DNA from: Alphaproteobacteria bacterium
GTDB taxonomy: Bacteria > Pseudomonadota > Alphaproteobacteria > SHVV01
Assembly (NCBI GenBank): GCA_009694095.1
Contig: SHVV01000001.1
Location: 146-64,145, forward strand
Length of the DNA: 64,000 nucleotides
Reading direction: 5' to 3'
A program made the position numbers and the translations under genes. Positions within the stretch are counted from its first letter, which is position 1; each line of letters starts with the position of its first letter. The notes below the pieces were generated by a model. It had not been told where the DNA came from, searched no databases, and worked only from the letters and a program-made list of their open reading frames with translations. Shown here one piece after another: positions 35,904 to 45,953 of this stretch.

Positions 35904-36712
35904 GCTCAATCCGTCGGCATTTCCTGTTGGCCTGGCTGTTCGCAGCGACGCATTTTCTTGTGGGCTGTACCGGCTCACCGTTCGATACCCGCTCCGATCT
36001 CGAACTGACGTGGGACAAGGCGTTTGTCACGCTGCCCACCAGCGACGGATCGGCGCCGGTCTCAGCGCGTCTGGACGGGAGAGCGTTCGCGCGGTGGACC
36101 GAAAGCCAAGGCGCCCGGCGCTCTTGGCCGGTGATCGTTTACCTCCACGGCTGTACTGGATTCGGGAATTTCGAGTTGTTCGAGCGACTCGCCCGCGAAG
36201 GTTACCTGGTGATCGCCCCGGACAGTTTCGCCCGCCGCTTCCGGCCGCTGCAATGCGACCCGAAAACCCAGACCGGTGGCTATAACCTTTTCGTCTACGA
36301 TTTTCGGCTAGCAGAAATCGCTTACGCGCTGCAGCGACTCGGCGATCATCCGTGGGTTGATCGATCCAATATTTTTTTAATGGGGGCGAGCGAAGGCGGC
36401 GTCGCGACGGCGCTCTACCGGGGCGATGAGATCCGGGCTCGGGTGATCACGCAATGGACCTGCACCGGACGCAGCAACGTTCGCGGCATTGCCGGCCCAA
36501 CCGATCGGCCGGTACTCGCCATCGTAAGCGAACGTGATCCTTGGTACGACTCGAAGCGGGCGCCAAGCCAACGCGGCCACTGCGGCGATTACATGGCCGA
36601 TCGCGCCGGCTCTCGGTCGCTTGTCGTCAATGGCGAAACGCACGACATTCATGGCGATGCGGCCAATGTCGATGAGATTGTCCGCTTCCTGGGCGCCAAT
36701 CGGATGCGCTAA
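35900..36712 (+). CDS. alpha/beta-hydrolase lipoprotein (dienelactone-hydrolase-like)
   Basis: lipobox 'LVGCTGS', nucleophile elbow 'GASEGG'; ATGA overlap with ispE. Confidence 0.6.
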   Translation: MSSIRRHFLLAWLFAATHFLVGCTGSPFDTRSDLELTWDKAFVTLPTSDGSAPVSARLDGRAFARWTESQGARRSWPVIVYLHGCTGFGNFELFERLAREGYLVIAPDSFARRFRPLQCDPKTQTGGYNLFVYDFRLAEIAYALQRLGDHPWVDRSNIFLMGASEGGVATALYRGDEIRARVITQWTCTGRSNVRGIAGPTDRPVLAIVSERDPWYDSKRAPSQRGHCGDYMADRAGSRSLVVNGETHDIHGDAANVDEIVRFLGANRMR

Positions 36713-37563
36713 TCGGACGTGGTCGACTTGGCGATCGAACCTTCGGCTGGAGTCGCCGGAACGCCGGTGCTGACCTGGGTAAAGGTTTCGAGGTAAACGA
36801 TCGTCGTCACGGTTGAGTCGACCTCCATCTTCACCGGTATCGGCGGCAGGCGAGGGTCGAGGCGCGCAATCCAGACGCGGGTGACCGGCGGCTCGTCCGA
36901 CAGGGACAGAAACGGTCGGCGCGAGAACCCCGCGATTCGATCCATGTCCATGCGGCAGCGAGTCGCTGGACCGGTGTAATAGGGGCTTTTCACGCTTTCG
37001 GCCGTGGTTTCGGCGAACACCAAATCATAGCGGCGCCGGCCGTCGAACACCGGCACTCGTTGATCGCAGACCGATCGTTGCTCGAACGTGCGGATCGCGG
37101 CGAGCGAAGCGGTGAGCAAATCGACCGCGCCCCGGGTCTTCTCTTGCGGGACCGGATCGCGTTCGTCGTCCTCCGGCGGCGGCGCGATGGTGGTCTGCAG
37201 GGTACCGTCGTCGACCGCGATGATCCGGGTCGAACGCGGGTTACCGCGCCACATGCCGTCGGAATGATGCGAGGCGAGTTGCAGGTTACCGGCGCGCAGG
37301 CCGCCGCGGCTTTCCGCGCGCGAACGAAACGAGGTCAGCCAATTCATCAGGCTCTCGCTGACCGTGGTGGCCGTGATGCGGTAATCGGCCCGATCGACGG
37401 CGATGTCGACATCGATCGTCGCCGCGCTCATGCCGCCGAAGAAAACCTTGTACTTGAGGACGACCGCGAGTTTCTCGTCGGCTCTGGCGGCCGCCGGCAA
37501 CGTGCCTGCCAGCAGCAATATGGCAAGGGGCAGAGCCCGCATCCCGCGTCCCGATCGCGCCAT
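36709..37563 (-). CDS. DUF3108-like secreted protein
   Basis: signal peptide 'MRALPLAILLLAG'; start at MARSGRG (ORF-track start further upstream). Confidence 0.5.
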   Translation of the reverse strand: MARSGRGMRALPLAILLLAGTLPAAARADEKLAVVLKYKVFFGGMSAATIDVDIAVDRADYRITATTVSESLMNWLTSFRSRAESRGGLRAGNLQLASHHSDGMWRGNPRSTRIIAVDDGTLQTTIAPPPEDDERDPVPQEKTRGAVDLLTASLAAIRTFEQRSVCDQRVPVFDGRRRYDLVFAETTAESVKSPYYTGPATRCRMDMDRIAGFSRRPFLSLSDEPPVTRVWIARLDPRLPPIPVKMEVDSTVTTIVYLETFTQVSTGVPATPAEGSIAKSTTSD

Positions 37564-37786
37564 AATAAATTTACTTGTACATCGAAACCAAGGACCGCCA
37601 TAGCGGGTCACTATGTTGCAGTAATGCAACGCCTTAGCGTGACCTTGGGGAGGGGGGGGGACATAGCCCTTGCTTTTGGGCGGACCCGATAATACCGTCC
37701 GCTTCGTCGAACGCCTCAGGAACGGCTGAGGGCGGGAGATGTTCGTAACAGAAGTCGCAGCGCGTTCCGTGAGGAGGGTTTGAGAC

Positions 37787-38077
37787 ATGTCGTTGAAGAC
37801 AGTTTTGTCGACGCTGCTTGTTGCGTCGCTCGTGTTAAGCGCCCCGACGATCGGGTTTGCGCAATCTCAGATGGGAAAGACCGGAACCGGTGCTGCGGCC
37901 GGCCAACAACAGGCGGCTCCAGGAGCGACGGCCACCGCTGGTATCACGGCCGGCGCGATCGCCGCCGGTATCGCGGTGGCGGCGGCCGTGGCGATCGCGG
38001 TCGCTGCCGCGGCGTCGGATGACGACAATACAACCACAACGACGACGACGACCACGACCACGACCACTAGCCGATAA
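37787..38077 (+). CDS. YjbE/GfcA-like small secreted Gly/Ala-rich protein with C-terminal poly-Thr (T13)
   Basis: signal peptide, 'GKTGTGAAAGQ', hydrophobic Ala/Gly stretch, 'SDDDNTTTTTTTTTTTTTSR'. Confidence 0.7.
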   Translation: MSLKTVLSTLLVASLVLSAPTIGFAQSQMGKTGTGAAAGQQQAAPGATATAGITAGAIAAGIAVAAAVAIAVAAAASDDDNTTTTTTTTTTTTTSR

Positions 38078-38100
38078 GAGCGATGCGATAGCTCCGAGAC

Positions 38101-38138
38101 GGATCGGGCGGCCTTATATGGCCGCCCGATCTTTTTCT
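38101..38138 (+). terminator. Rho-independent terminator
   Basis: GATCGGGCGGCC-ttatat-GGCCGCCCGATC perfect hairpin followed by TTTTTCT. Confidence 0.8.
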
Positions 38139-38150
38139 GGAGATTACCTG

Positions 38151-38444
38151 GTGGTACCAACCCAAAGACTTGGACTTGGCTGCGGTTTGTTCGTTGCCGC
38201 CCTTATTGTTTGGGCGTCCGCGAACGCGCAAATTCAGGCGACGAAAACAGGCACCGGATCGGCCGCCGGCCAAAGCGGCAACCGACCGGCGCAAGCACCC
38301 CCGGGTGTTACGCTAGGCGCAGTTGTTGCAGCCGGTGCCGTCGCGGCCGCGATCGGCGGTGCGGTGGTGCTGCTAGGTGGCGCGGGAGGTGAGAGCGATA
38401 ACCCCCAAGTAAATGTGAGCATCACCGCGACGTCGACGCGGTGA
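38151..38444 (+). CDS. second YjbE-like small secreted Gly/Ala-rich protein (paralog)
   Basis: GGAG RBS 8 nt before GTG 38151 (ATG 38118 lies inside terminator stem); 'TKTGTGSAAGQ' and C-terminal 'ITATSTR' parallel gene 1. Confidence 0.6.
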   Translation: MVPTQRLGLGCGLFVAALIVWASANAQIQATKTGTGSAAGQSGNRPAQAPPGVTLGAVVAAGAVAAAIGGAVVLLGGAGGESDNPQVNVSITATSTR

Positions 38445-38447
38445 TCC

Positions 38448-39131
38448 TTAAGCCGCAAACGGCTTCAAGACCTCGATCTCAATCGGTGGGAACGTCCGCG
38501 CGATATGTTGGCGGCTTTTCCAAACAAAGCCGTCGTAGCGGTCGACCCAGTAGAAGTTCGTGTGATCCCATGCAACCAACCGCGAACGACATGTTTCGCG
38601 GATAAGGACGGTTTCGAGATCAACATCGGCAATCGTCACGCGTTGTTCGCCCAGGTTTTCGAAAGTGGCGTCAATGTCGAGTCCAAAGGTTGAGCCTTTG
38701 TCTAAGTCAATCGATCGATGCCATGTCATGACACCGTTGAGTGTGTGAAGACCTTGGGCCAGTGGATCCGGAGTTAGAGGCTGCGTATTCCGAATATTCT
38801 CGGGGAAGCCGGCTGTCTTTACGACCCGGCCATGACGCGTTACCACGACAGCGCGATCACTCGACGCCCAAACAAGATCGCCGTGGTCGGAGTGACTGAG
38901 AACTAAGATGACGCGCGGGCCTTTTCCAATCTTTCCCGCAATCGTCGCGTAAGGTATCTTCGCGACTTGCTCGCGACTAATGGGTTGATCAGGATGCCCG
39001 TAAAGTTGTAAGCGAAATGCTCGATATGCGTTTTCGAGTGCAGGTGAAGTGGCGCATCCGGAAGCGGTTAACGCAGTAGCTAGCCCCAGGAAAGACCGTC
39101 GAGACGACATTGGTGAAGAAGCTCGTTTCAT
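38448..39131 (-). CDS. lipoprotein, possibly YjbF/GfcB family
   Basis: 'MKRASSPMSSRRSFLGLATALTASGC' signal/lipobox; family from context; ORF-track frame extends upstream over the divergent gene. Confidence 0.45.
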   Translation of the reverse strand: MKRASSPMSSRRSFLGLATALTASGCATSPALENAYRAFRLQLYGHPDQPISREQVAKIPYATIAGKIGKGPRVILVLSHSDHGDLVWASSDRAVVVTRHGRVVKTAGFPENIRNTQPLTPDPLAQGLHTLNGVMTWHRSIDLDKGSTFGLDIDATFENLGEQRVTIADVDLETVLIRETCRSRLVAWDHTNFYWVDRYDGFVWKSRQHIARTFPPIEIEVLKPFAA

Positions 39132-39147
39132 CGCGAGGTTAAATCCT

Positions 39148-42087
39148 ATGACGATATCGTTTGCGCAAGTGGTTAAGGCGATCGGTACCGCGGTTACGCC
39201 GCTCACCTTCGCAGCGAGCCTTGCAATATTAGTCGTTGCCGTTCCAACCTGCTTTGCCCAGTCAAGCGATCCACTTCGCTCTTTGATCGAACAACTTAAC
39301 CAATCATCGATACCGGGGCGACAAGTACTGACGGCAATTCCCGAAGCATCTACTTCGCGCCGATCTGATACAACTTCCAAAGAAGGAACACCGCTCACTG
39401 CGTCACCATTTCATACTGCGACGATCCCCGACTTTCGCCCGACACCGGCGGGGTTTTCTCCGATTGAGCTGACGTTGATAGACCAATATTGCCAGGGGTC
39501 AATTGATGCCAGGGCAGAGCGGCTGCTGGCGGCTAACCGCGAGTTCTCGTCACTTGAGCGCGATTATTGTCGGCGGGCTAACGAAACAACTACCCAGTTT
39601 GGGTACGACATACTCGATCGACCATCTCTAAGTGATATTGGCCTAAAGGGGGCTATTCGCGACGACTACGTCGTCGGCATTGGCGACGAGTTCATCGTTA
39701 CCTTTTCCGGCCAGCGGCGCGGTTCGGTGCGGACGAGGATTGACCGAAGCGGGCGTTTGGTTCTGCCGGACCTTCCGCCAGTGTCTACAAGCGGCGCGAC
39801 ATTTGGCGAGCTGCGGGGCCGGATCGAGCTGTTGGTGGCGACGCAGTTCATCAGTACCGACGTCTACCTATCGTTGGGCGAAGTGCGACAACTCTCTGTT
39901 TTGGTTGTCGGCGAAGTCCGCCGCCCTGGCGTTTATGTCCTTAGCGGCCTCTCCAATGTCATTGAGGCACTGGTAAGTGCCGGTGGCGTTGCCAAGACAG
40001 GCAGCTTGCGCGGCATTCAGTTGCAGCGAGGAAGATCGGTCGCGTGGATCGATCTTTACGACATGTTTTTTTCTGGCGGCGCTAGTCTAAACCTAGGGCT
40101 ATCCGACGGTGATCGCATCGTCGTACCGACGATCGGGGCGACAGTGGCGCTAGCGGGCGATGTTAAGCGCAAAGGTATTTATGAACTCGCGGAGGGTGCG
40201 AAATCTGCGACCTTCACCGAGTTGGTAAACCTCGCGGGCGGGTTTCTTCAACCGAGGGCGAATCGGTTTTTTCATTTGACACACGACTCTGCTGGAAAAA
40301 CGCAGGCATTGGATCGACAAAAGGAAGAATTTGAGGTCCGTAACGGCGACGTTGTCGTTATCCTGCCAGCGGAGAATATCCAGCTCGGTACGGTCGAATT
40401 GGTAGGGCACGTCAGAACTCCGGGACGAAGGTCACTCTCGGTATACCCGACGATCGGAGCGCTGGTTAGAGATCGCAACGTCCTAAGGGATGATCCGTAT
40501 TTGCTTCTCGCTGCCCTTCAGACGACGGATTTAACGACCGGAGCGCGTCAATTCTATCCGGTCAATCTTCAGAACATTATAGAACGAAGCCAGGATTTCT
40601 CACTTCGCGATGTCGATCGCCTCATCATTTTGAGCGGTCAAGACATTCGATTCCTTGTTTCACGAACGGTTCAGGAGATTATTGCCGGGTTACCCCGGCT
40701 TGAGAGCAGCGACTTCGATACCCGAAGTTCTCGTGGTGATAAAAACGCTGGAACCCAAACTTATGCAGCCAACCCGGCACTGAGGGAGGATCAACTTGCT
40801 CGCGATACAGTTGCTGAGGTCATCGTCCGAAAAGCTCTCGGGTTCCCATCGAATGAAGGTAGCGAATATAAGGATGGACGAGGAAGAGAGAAAGAATGCC
40901 GGGGAGTTGAGCGCCTTCGGTCGATCGTTGGGGTTGTGCGGGCTGGTCGATTCGCGAATGCCATTCAGGCGATCTCAGCGCGGCGCAATGATGATAGGGA
41001 GAGGGCCGAAGGCCAGCAACGAGCCGAGACTTGTCCTGAGATTTTTGAGAAATTCCCTGATCTCTTGCCGTTTCTACTTGAGCAGGTTGTCGCGGTTAAC
41101 GGCGAGCTTCGACGCCCAGGAGCGTACCCTGTGGTTAAAGGTACGACGTTGTCCGCTCTTGTTGCCGTTGCTGGAAGCCTCACTCGGGAGGCCGATCTAA
41201 CGCAAGTTGAACTCCTTCATTTTTCTGCTGACCAGCAAACCGGCAAAGCGGTGGCGGATCGCCAGCTACTCAATCTAACCAGCATCGACGCAGCAACAGT
41301 AGGGTTAGAGCCAGGCGATGTCGTTCGATTTAATCCCGTATTCGCAAATCGCGATTCAGGGCCGGTTCAAATCAGCGGCGAAGTTCAGTGGCCGGGATTT
41401 TACGAAATTCGACGCGGTGAAAGAATATCTCAAATCATCGCCCGTGCAGGAGGTTTGACAAGAGAATCATTCCCCTACGGAGCGATTTTCACTCGAGAAA
41501 GCGTTCGTTTGGCAGAGGAGGCCGGCCTTCAGCGGGCCGCACATGAACTGAACGTTGCACTGACGATTGCTGCGGCCCAGAAAGGCCTCGGAAGCGGCGC
41601 ACTAACGGGCTTGTCCTCGCTCTCACAGCAACTGCGCGAAGTTCGGGCTGTGGGCAGAGTGGTTGCCGAGATCGATCCGACCGTACTTCAAGTCCGCCCT
41701 GAACTCGATACGGTTCTTGAACCTGGAGACAGGCTATTCATTCCGAAACGACCGAATTCGGTTCTGATTATCGGTGATGTGCTAAATCCGGGGGCGCAAC
41801 AGTTTATTCCCGGGACCGCGGCCGAGAAGTACATTAAGAAAGCCGGGGGTTTTCAGCGGTCGGCTGACCAGGATCGAGTTTTTGTTGTACTGCCGAATGG
41901 CGAGGCGCAACCGCTATCGGTGAGTGCATTTAACTTTACGCCGGTCCAAATTCCGCCCGGCTCGGCGGTAGTCGTGCCGAAAGAGCCTGCCCCACTTGAC
42001 TTGCTTACTCTCGCCAAAGACGTTGGCGGCCTTATTAGTCAGCTGGCGATTGCCGCTGCGTCGCTCGCTGTCATAACCCGAAATTAA
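39148..42087 (+). CDS. giant outer-membrane polysaccharide export (OPX, Wza/GfcC-like) protein with multiple SLBB domains
   Basis: signal peptide; Poly_export-like 'GYDILDRP...YVVGIGDEFIVTFSG'; repeated SLBB-like segments; hydrophobic C-terminal helix. Confidence 0.75.
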   Translation: MTISFAQVVKAIGTAVTPLTFAASLAILVVAVPTCFAQSSDPLRSLIEQLNQSSIPGRQVLTAIPEASTSRRSDTTSKEGTPLTASPFHTATIPDFRPTPAGFSPIELTLIDQYCQGSIDARAERLLAANREFSSLERDYCRRANETTTQFGYDILDRPSLSDIGLKGAIRDDYVVGIGDEFIVTFSGQRRGSVRTRIDRSGRLVLPDLPPVSTSGATFGELRGRIELLVATQFISTDVYLSLGEVRQLSVLVVGEVRRPGVYVLSGLSNVIEALVSAGGVAKTGSLRGIQLQRGRSVAWIDLYDMFFSGGASLNLGLSDGDRIVVPTIGATVALAGDVKRKGIYELAEGAKSATFTELVNLAGGFLQPRANRFFHLTHDSAGKTQALDRQKEEFEVRNGDVVVILPAENIQLGTVELVGHVRTPGRRSLSVYPTIGALVRDRNVLRDDPYLLLAALQTTDLTTGARQFYPVNLQNIIERSQDFSLRDVDRLIILSGQDIRFLVSRTVQEIIAGLPRLESSDFDTRSSRGDKNAGTQTYAANPALREDQLARDTVAEVIVRKALGFPSNEGSEYKDGRGREKECRGVERLRSIVGVVRAGRFANAIQAISARRNDDRERAEGQQRAETCPEIFEKFPDLLPFLLEQVVAVNGELRRPGAYPVVKGTTLSALVAVAGSLTREADLTQVELLHFSADQQTGKAVADRQLLNLTSIDAATVGLEPGDVVRFNPVFANRDSGPVQISGEVQWPGFYEIRRGERISQIIARAGGLTRESFPYGAIFTRESVRLAEEAGLQRAAHELNVALTIAAAQKGLGSGALTGLSSLSQQLREVRAVGRVVAEIDPTVLQVRPELDTVLEPGDRLFIPKRPNSVLIIGDVLNPGAQQFIPGTAAEKYIKKAGGFQRSADQDRVFVVLPNGEAQPLSVSAFNFTPVQIPPGSAVVVPKEPAPLDLLTLAKDVGGLISQLAIAAASLAVITRN

Positions 42088-42131
42088 CGCGCTCTCGAAG
42101 AAGCTGCCACGCGTTCCAGCAGATCGTAGCG

Positions 42132-44843
42132 ATGAACGTCGGTCGGTGTCTACGCATCGTGGCGATTGGAACAGGTTTCGCAGTTTCAGCAGCGGCAGTT
42201 GCAAATGCGCAGGGACAGCTTGGGTACTCGGTCAATGATTTTGGCGGAGTGGGTCTTTTGCAAACGCGGACAGCGCGGTTTGCGCCCTCCGGTCAGTTCG
42301 AAGTCGGCGTGTCTTCGGGGGAGCCCTACCGTCGGCTCTTCATTACGACGACCGCGTTACCTTGGCTCGAAGGTACGTTTCGATATTCGGAGATCACGAA
42401 CAGGCTCTACTCAGAAACGTTTGCCTTCAGCGGCAATCAGTCATTCAAAGACCGAGGCGCGGATCTAAAGTTCAGTTTGGTTACCGAAGGGCGATACGTC
42501 CCGGCCATTGCGCTCGGCGTTCAAGATGGACTGGGGACAGGCGTATTTTCTGGCGAGTATCTTGTCGCCAGCAAACGCTACTTTGATATTGATTTCCATT
42601 TAGGTCTCGGATGGGGCTATTTCGCTGGCCGACGATCGTTCCGAAACCCATTGAGTTATCTGTCGGATAGTTTTCGGCTGCGTGACGATCGGTCCCAATT
42701 TGGCGGCACCTTCACGCTCTCGAACTATTTTTCTGGGGAAAAAGTGTCGTCATTCGGCGGCATTGAGTACTTTACGCCGGTAAACGGCCTGTCTTTAAAA
42801 CTTGAGCTCGAAGGAAACGACTATTTTCGTGAACCGCTCGGGAATCGTTTCGAGCCGCGATCTCCGATTAATGTCGGCATCAACTATCGACCTTACTCAT
42901 GGTTAGATACTGGGTTTGGCTTTGAGCGAGGCAATACCGCGATGGCGCGTCTAGTGCTTCGCACCAACTTCAACGACCCCGGGCTGCCGAAACTCGATGG
43001 GCCACCGACGCCGATCGTTCGAAGAACTCTGCGAGAGGGCGAGAAACCCGAGTCCGCAGCCGTGTCAGGTTTGACGAGCCCACCTGCGCCCGTGAGGGAC
43101 GAGCCCAATGGCGATCTGATGTTCGAACGCCTCGAAGCATTAGGGTACGAAGTAGCTGCTATCGAATTTGATGCAGGCCAATCCGTTATCCGTATAGACG
43201 GTACCGGCTCGGTAACGCCGACAGAAGTAGCGTTGGCAGTTTTTTCAACGCTAGATCTTCCCGTGAGGGGAGTTGTTGTCGGCGACTCCGAAGCTAGCGG
43301 AGGTCGAAGCTGGTTTTTTGATCGACCGGATCTTGTTCAGGCTAAACGTGTTGAAAATCTATACGGCGGGCTCGAGCAACTTGGGTACGCCGTTGAGCAA
43401 GTCGAAGTGCTCGGAGAAAATCTGCGCGTTTGGGCTCGCGCACTAGGTTCGACTTCGACTGCCGATGAACTCACTTTAGCGAAATTCATCAACCAGGTAG
43501 TACCAATAGCGCAATCGATCGAACTACTCGTTACTCGGGAGGGAAGTGAGGCGAAGACGATCGTTTTTCGACCGAACAATCAGATTGCAGCTAATGCGAC
43601 TGAATCAATTGGCACCTCGGTTGTAAGCGTCTCCGATCGCGACGCGGCGATGACGATCATTGAGGCCTTTTCAGGCGGCGAAATTACGGTTGACGCGGTC
43701 CAGTTGTCTGGCCCTCGAGCAACCGTCTATGTCACGCCTCGTCGTTTTCGCGAGGTAGGCCGAAATTTGGGTCGTACGGCGCGGATCGTTGCGAGCCACG
43801 CCCCTGAAAAAATAGAGGAAATCAGCATCGTTCAGATTATTGCCGGGATTCCCGTTGGTCAGGTAACGATACTGCGGAAGGATTTGGAAGGAGCGGTGGA
43901 GGGAAATGGATCACCCGAAGAAGTCTGGGCCACTACGGTCGCAGGCCCCACCCCGGCCCCGAATCTAGATCAAGCAGTCGAGAATCCGAATAGATATCCC
44001 GATTTCAAGTGGTCAGTTGCACCGCGCCTCCGTGAGCACGTCGGTGGGCCAGAGGGCTTTATCCTCTATCAGCTTTGGGTTGCGCTTGGCGCACGGCTTG
44101 AGGTCGCACGCGGGTTGTCCTTAGCGGGTACGGTCGGGGTCGACATTTACAATAACTTCGATCGTCTCCGGACACCGTGTTCTAGCGTGCTTCAGCACGT
44201 GCGATGTGATGTCCAGAGATACCTAAAAGAAGGCCAGAATAATCTTGTCAATTTACGGCTCGACTACGCCAGGTCCTTGGCGCTCGAATGGTACGGCGCC
44301 GTCTATGGTGGGATTTTTGAAGCGATGTTCGGCGGCATCGGCGCCGAAATTCTTCATCGGCCTTTCGATTCGCGATTTGCGGTGGGGTTGGATATCAATC
44401 GAGCGAAACAACGAACGTTCGAACAACGTTTTTCATTCCAGGAATATGAAATCACCACAGGCCACGTCAATTTTTATTATCAATGGCCAATTTATGACAT
44501 TCAAACGTCGCTTCACGTTGGTAGATATCTCGCGGGGGACGTGGGGGGGACGCTGTTCGTTAGTCGCGAGTTTGAAAGCGGGGCGCGTGTAGGAGTCTGG
44601 GCAACACAAACCAACGTGTCCGCCGCTGAGTTTGGCGAAGGTAGCTTCGACAAAGGCTTCTTCATTTCCATTCCATTCCAACTTCTTACGTTGGAATCGA
44701 CGCGCGCCGTGAACACTTTTGCATTTCGACCGCTGACAAGGGACGGGGGACAAATGCTTGGCGCTACGAAACGCCTCTATGGTGACACCGCTGATGGATC
44801 GTTGGGTCGTCTTGCCAAGGACTGGGATCGTTTGCTCGACTAA
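42132..44843 (+). CDS. YjbH/GfcD-like outer-membrane beta-barrel protein
   Basis: 903 aa, signal peptide, 'DFGGVGLLQTRTARF' N-terminus, alternating beta-strand pattern. Confidence 0.55.
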   Translation: MNVGRCLRIVAIGTGFAVSAAAVANAQGQLGYSVNDFGGVGLLQTRTARFAPSGQFEVGVSSGEPYRRLFITTTALPWLEGTFRYSEITNRLYSETFAFSGNQSFKDRGADLKFSLVTEGRYVPAIALGVQDGLGTGVFSGEYLVASKRYFDIDFHLGLGWGYFAGRRSFRNPLSYLSDSFRLRDDRSQFGGTFTLSNYFSGEKVSSFGGIEYFTPVNGLSLKLELEGNDYFREPLGNRFEPRSPINVGINYRPYSWLDTGFGFERGNTAMARLVLRTNFNDPGLPKLDGPPTPIVRRTLREGEKPESAAVSGLTSPPAPVRDEPNGDLMFERLEALGYEVAAIEFDAGQSVIRIDGTGSVTPTEVALAVFSTLDLPVRGVVVGDSEASGGRSWFFDRPDLVQAKRVENLYGGLEQLGYAVEQVEVLGENLRVWARALGSTSTADELTLAKFINQVVPIAQSIELLVTREGSEAKTIVFRPNNQIAANATESIGTSVVSVSDRDAAMTIIEAFSGGEITVDAVQLSGPRATVYVTPRRFREVGRNLGRTARIVASHAPEKIEEISIVQIIAGIPVGQVTILRKDLEGAVEGNGSPEEVWATTVAGPTPAPNLDQAVENPNRYPDFKWSVAPRLREHVGGPEGFILYQLWVALGARLEVARGLSLAGTVGVDIYNNFDRLRTPCSSVLQHVRCDVQRYLKEGQNNLVNLRLDYARSLALEWYGAVYGGIFEAMFGGIGAEILHRPFDSRFAVGLDINRAKQRTFEQRFSFQEYEITTGHVNFYYQWPIYDIQTSLHVGRYLAGDVGGTLFVSREFESGARVGVWATQTNVSAAEFGEGSFDKGFFISIPFQLLTLESTRAVNTFAFRPLTRDGGQMLGATKRLYGDTADGSLGRLAKDWDRLLD

Positions 44844-44884
44844 TGTGGGTCTGAGACCAGAATTCGTTATCTGAGGGGTTAGTT

Positions 44885-45919
44885 ATGGCGTCCAAATTTG
44901 ACGGCAGCACGCTACTTATTACCGGCGGAACTGGATCGTTTGGTCGAGCGGCGGTGACGCATTTTTTGAAAACTTCGAAGTGTCGGGAGATCCGTATTCT
45001 TAGCCGGGACGAGACGAAACAGCATGAAATGCGGCACGCTATTAATTCGAAAATCGTTCGGTTCTATATCGGCGATATTCGCGATATTTCGACGGTGGAA
45101 GAAGCCGCAAAAGGCGTGGATTATATTTTCCACGCCGCGGCATTGAAGCAAGTCCCGTCTTGCGAGTTTTTCCCGTTGGAGGCCGTCAAAACCAACGTTC
45201 TTGGCAGCAGCAACGTTATTCAAGCGGCAATCAAATACGGAGTACGTAAAGTTGTTTGTTTGAGCACCGATAAGGCAGTGCAGCCGGTAAATGCCATGGG
45301 GATGACGAAGGCGTTGATGGAAAAAGTCGTTATGTCGACAGCACGTCAACTCGGTGACAGCGACACGGTTGTGAGTTGCGTCCGATTCGGTAACGTCCTT
45401 TTTTCCCGAGGCTCGGTAATACCGCTATTTATTCAACAAATCCGAGAGGGTCGTCCCATTACCCTGACATTTCGCGAGATGACACGATTTTTATTGCCAA
45501 TAAGCCAGGCCATCGAATTGGTTGAGTTTGCTTTGGAGCATTCGACCCAAGGCGTTGTTTTCGTCCGCAAATCACCCGCTTGCAGCATTGGCGATCTCGC
45601 GCACGTTCTTCGCGACATGTTCCGCTCAAATGTTCCGATTGAGACGATAGGAGTTAGGCATGGAGAGAAAATCTACGAAACGTTGCTCACAGGGCCGGAG
45701 CTCGCTCTAGCTGACGATTTCGGCAGCTATTACAGACTGCGCAACGACACACGCGATCTCAACTACGATCTGTATTTCTCGATCGGTGCCGCGGCCTCAA
45801 GTCTTGGTGAAGACTACACGTCTCATTCGACTGAACAGCTAAACCGTGAGAAAATTCGTGTATTGCTGGAGTCTCTCCCAGAAATGGCTCAAGAATTGGT
45901 AAACGCCGGTTTGCGGTAA
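44885..45919 (+). CDS. UDP-N-acetylglucosamine 4,6-dehydratase/5-epimerase (FnlA/WbjB/CapE family)
   Basis: 'ITGGTGSFG'; catalytic 'NAMGMTKALMEKV' (Met replacing Tyr, a CapE-family hallmark). Confidence 0.75.
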   Translation: MASKFDGSTLLITGGTGSFGRAAVTHFLKTSKCREIRILSRDETKQHEMRHAINSKIVRFYIGDIRDISTVEEAAKGVDYIFHAAALKQVPSCEFFPLEAVKTNVLGSSNVIQAAIKYGVRKVVCLSTDKAVQPVNAMGMTKALMEKVVMSTARQLGDSDTVVSCVRFGNVLFSRGSVIPLFIQQIREGRPITLTFREMTRFLLPISQAIELVEFALEHSTQGVVFVRKSPACSIGDLAHVLRDMFRSNVPIETIGVRHGEKIYETLLTGPELALADDFGSYYRLRNDTRDLNYDLYFSIGAAASSLGEDYTSHSTEQLNREKIRVLLESLPEMAQELVNAGLR

Positions 45920-45953
45920 CGCACTAACCCGTGTTCCGATTTATTCAACTGGA

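Noticed and set aside
38118-38150. ATG 38118 as start of the second YjbE-like gene
   Set aside because: Lies within the perfect terminator hairpin; GTG 38151 with GGAG RBS is more plausible, though the ATG cannot be excluded
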